From positions 1 through 46,530 of IMG/VR virus record IMGVR_UViG_3300019758_000010: a stretch of DNA of 46,530 nucleotides; one strand, 5' to 3'. The notes beneath the pieces were generated by a model. That model had not been told where the DNA came from, ran no database searches, and was given only the letters and a program-made list of their open reading frames with translations. The first letter of the stretch is position 1. The number at the start of each line of letters is the position of its first letter. The translations under genes were made by a program, and so were the position numbers. Origin of the DNA: a virus. Taxonomy: Duplodnaviria > Caudoviricetes. This document shows positions 44,813 to 46,530 of this stretch, one piece after another.

Positions 44813-45706
44813 ATGAAGACGATAAAACAATTATTACCAAAGATTAAGTTTATTAAGAAATCTAATGTAAGGTTACATTACGTGAACGTTGTTAATAACG
44901 GTGTTGAATGTACAGACTTAGAGACTACTGTAAGGATTAAGAATGATTATGAATTAGAAGAAGGTTTACATCATATAGATACTCTTGGTTTATGTGATGC
45001 TGCTCCTAATGACGGTTTATTTAAAGATGCTAGTTTCGATGAAATCACGACTGATTCATTTAAGACTAACATAACAATGTTGTACGATCTTAATAGATAC
45101 GCTTCAAAAGATGAGACTAGAATACACCTTAACAGTATTTGTTATGACGGTTTGAACATTGTAGCTACTAACGGTCATATTCTTAAGACTTATAGAGTAG
45201 GTGAGAAATGTGGAAATACTCATCTATTACCAAAGACAAGTGTTAACGTTCTTGTTAAACTTCTTAAAGGTTTCAAGAATAAAGATGACATTGTTATAAA
45301 AGTTAATGACAGTTTTGCGATAGTTGACACTGCTGATTTTACATTGAAGATGCGTTTAATTCAACGAGATTATGTAAAGTATCAGCAAGTTATTCCTAAT
45401 AAATTCGACTGGACTTTAGATATTGATGACTTCGTCAAGTACACTGATCTTAGAAGTTTATTTAAGAAGGACGCATTGAAGAAATGTACGCTTAAGAATA
45501 TTGAAGGTAACATTGTTCTAATTCCGCATTTGTATCCTGATAATCATTACATTATTGGTAAGACTCATTTAGAGTTTGAGATATTTTTCAATGTTGAGTA
45601 TTTAAATTTAGCTGCTAATAGTGCTAATCAATTTAGTATTCAATATAATAATGAAATGTCACCTGTATTAGTTAACGGTACCATAGTAATGCCTATTAAG
45701 AAATAA
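44813..45706 (+). CDS. DNA polymerase III beta-clamp-like protein (shortened)
   Basis: CTDLE, ASKDETR.HLNSI, VATNGH.L, RLI..DY..YQQVIP, FN.EYL, IVMPIK align with bacterial DnaN motifs. Confidence 0.82.
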   Translation: MKTIKQLLPKIKFIKKSNVRLHYVNVVNNGVECTDLETTVRIKNDYELEEGLHHIDTLGLCDAAPNDGLFKDASFDEITTDSFKTNITMLYDLNRYASKDETRIHLNSICYDGLNIVATNGHILKTYRVGEKCGNTHLLPKTSVNVLVKLLKGFKNKDDIVIKVNDSFAIVDTADFTLKMRLIQRDYVKYQQVIPNKFDWTLDIDDFVKYTDLRSLFKKDALKKCTLKNIEGNIVLIPHLYPDNHYIIGKTHLEFEIFFNVEYLNLAANSANQFSIQYNNEMSPVLVNGTIVMPIKK

Positions 45707-45782
45707 GGATAAGGTTTATCCTTCTAAGAATTTAAACGATTCGTATGAAGGGGATTATCAAGAGGTTTACGTTAAAGGTCAC

Positions 45783-45974
45783 ATGGTGGAGACCTCTTTA
45801 CAAATTCAACCTGAGTACACAACACCTTTAGAAGACGCGAAAGAATCTATCGGTGTTGGTGTAGAAATAAGTGGTTTTAATCCGTTAAGGGATGTGGAAT
45901 ATTTTGTAGTAGATAGTAAGACCAATAAATTATATGAATATGATAAGTTCATAGAAGCTATAAGTCTTAGGTAG
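45783..45974 (+). CDS. Hypothetical protein
   Basis: 63 aa, AAGGT RBS. Confidence 0.5.
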   Translation: MVETSLQIQPEYTTPLEDAKESIGVGVEISGFNPLRDVEYFVVDSKTNKLYEYDKFIEAISLR

Positions 45975-46027
45975 TATTATATGAGTCGAAAAGCTTATAA
46001 TAAAATAATTAAACAATTGGAGAAGAA

Positions 46028-46351
46028 ATGTTAAAAGAGTTAATGAAAGAAATTTTAAAAGAAGAACTGGTAACAAAACCAAAAGTGGAAGCACCTTTGA
46101 CACCTACAAGAAAAGCAATTGTAATCTTGCAGCGTGGTTGGATTGTTGTTGGTGATCTTGAGAAAGGGAGAGTTGAGTCACTAGTTCTTAACGCTTCTGT
46201 AATTAGAAGATGGGGAACAAAAAAGGGTATTGGCGAGCTTGCACTTGAGGGACCACAACCTGAAACAAAGCTAGATGAGTGCGGAACCGTTAGATTCAAC
46301 AACGGTTCAGAAGTTTGCACTATTGATTGTGTGAGTGAAAAATGGAATTAG
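46028..46351 (+). CDS. DUF6948-like protein
   Basis: IVILQRGW.VVG.L.......L.NASVIRRWGT..G.GELA..GP; GGAG RBS. Confidence 0.7.
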   Translation: MLKELMKEILKEELVTKPKVEAPLTPTRKAIVILQRGWIVVGDLEKGRVESLVLNASVIRRWGTKKGIGELALEGPQPETKLDECGTVRFNNGSEVCTIDCVSEKWN

Positions 46352-46530
46352 AGAACAGTCAAATCGTCATTAATCTTGGTAACGACGGCTACGGCGACGG
46401 CTACGGTAACGGCTACGGCGACGGCTACGGCGACGGCTACGGTAACGGCTACGGCGACGGCTACGGTAACGGCTACGGCGACGGCTACGGTAACGGCTAC
46501 GGCTACGGCTACGGCGACGGCTACGGTAAC
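46342..46530 (+). CDS. 5' part of the Gly-rich tandem-repeat protein (runs off the window)
   Basis: ATG at 46342 overlaps the end of the previous gene; MELENSQIVINLGNDGYGDGYGNGYGD... open to the end. Confidence 0.8.
   Translation, partial: MELENSQIVINLGNDGYGDGYGNGYGDGYGDGYGNGYGDGYGNGYGDGYGNGYGYGYGDGYGN
46378..46530 (+). repeat. Tandem repeat of ggctac / ggcgac / ggtaac hexamers
   Basis: Directly visible. Confidence 0.97.

Noticed and set aside
1930-46320. Many short opposite-strand or nested ORFs in the track (for example 1930-2172, 3222-3539, 4542-4904, 31996-32403, 36855-37163, 46009-46320)
   Set aside because: They lie within or largely overlap longer genes with recognisable motifs, and lack RBSs or protein-like features.

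Overview
The window is an apparently near-complete, AT-rich ~46.5 kb genome of a short-tailed (podovirus-type) dsDNA phage with a BPP-1/APSE-like structural module. The contig is opened inside a Gly-Tyr-Gly-Asp/Asn tandem-repeat gene, whose 5' part is at the right end and 3' part at the left end. There are four transcription blocks. (1) A rightward early block (43838 -> 2605, across the ends) encodes a secreted peptide, a beta-clamp-like protein, a DUF6948-like/Gly-repeat pair and regulators. (2) A leftward block encodes an SF2 helicase, a VRR-NUC nuclease and a primpol-helicase. (3) A rightward block encodes a DUF2800-like exonuclease, an SSB-like protein, a family B DNA polymerase, a DEDDh exonuclease, a Tad1-like anti-defence sponge, a TIGR02594-like amidase and a MazG-like protein. 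(4) A leftward late block runs terminases, portal, scaffold, capsid, tail tubes, ejection proteins, three tail-fibre genes and a lipoprotein-rich lysis module. I recognised no integrase, RNA polymerase, reverse transcriptase, tRNA or CRISPR array. The most interesting observations are: three fibre genes with a plug-and-socket domain relay (adaptor-X, Y-X, Y-tip); paired AACAWTGTT sites positioned to repress the early and activate the late promoter; an 18-bp RBS-hiding hairpin bypassed by an internal promoter; a compact pseudoknot before the polymerase; a lipoprotein endolysin candidate; and an enriched GGCCTGGA octamer. All family assignments come from motif recognition by eye, not database searches.
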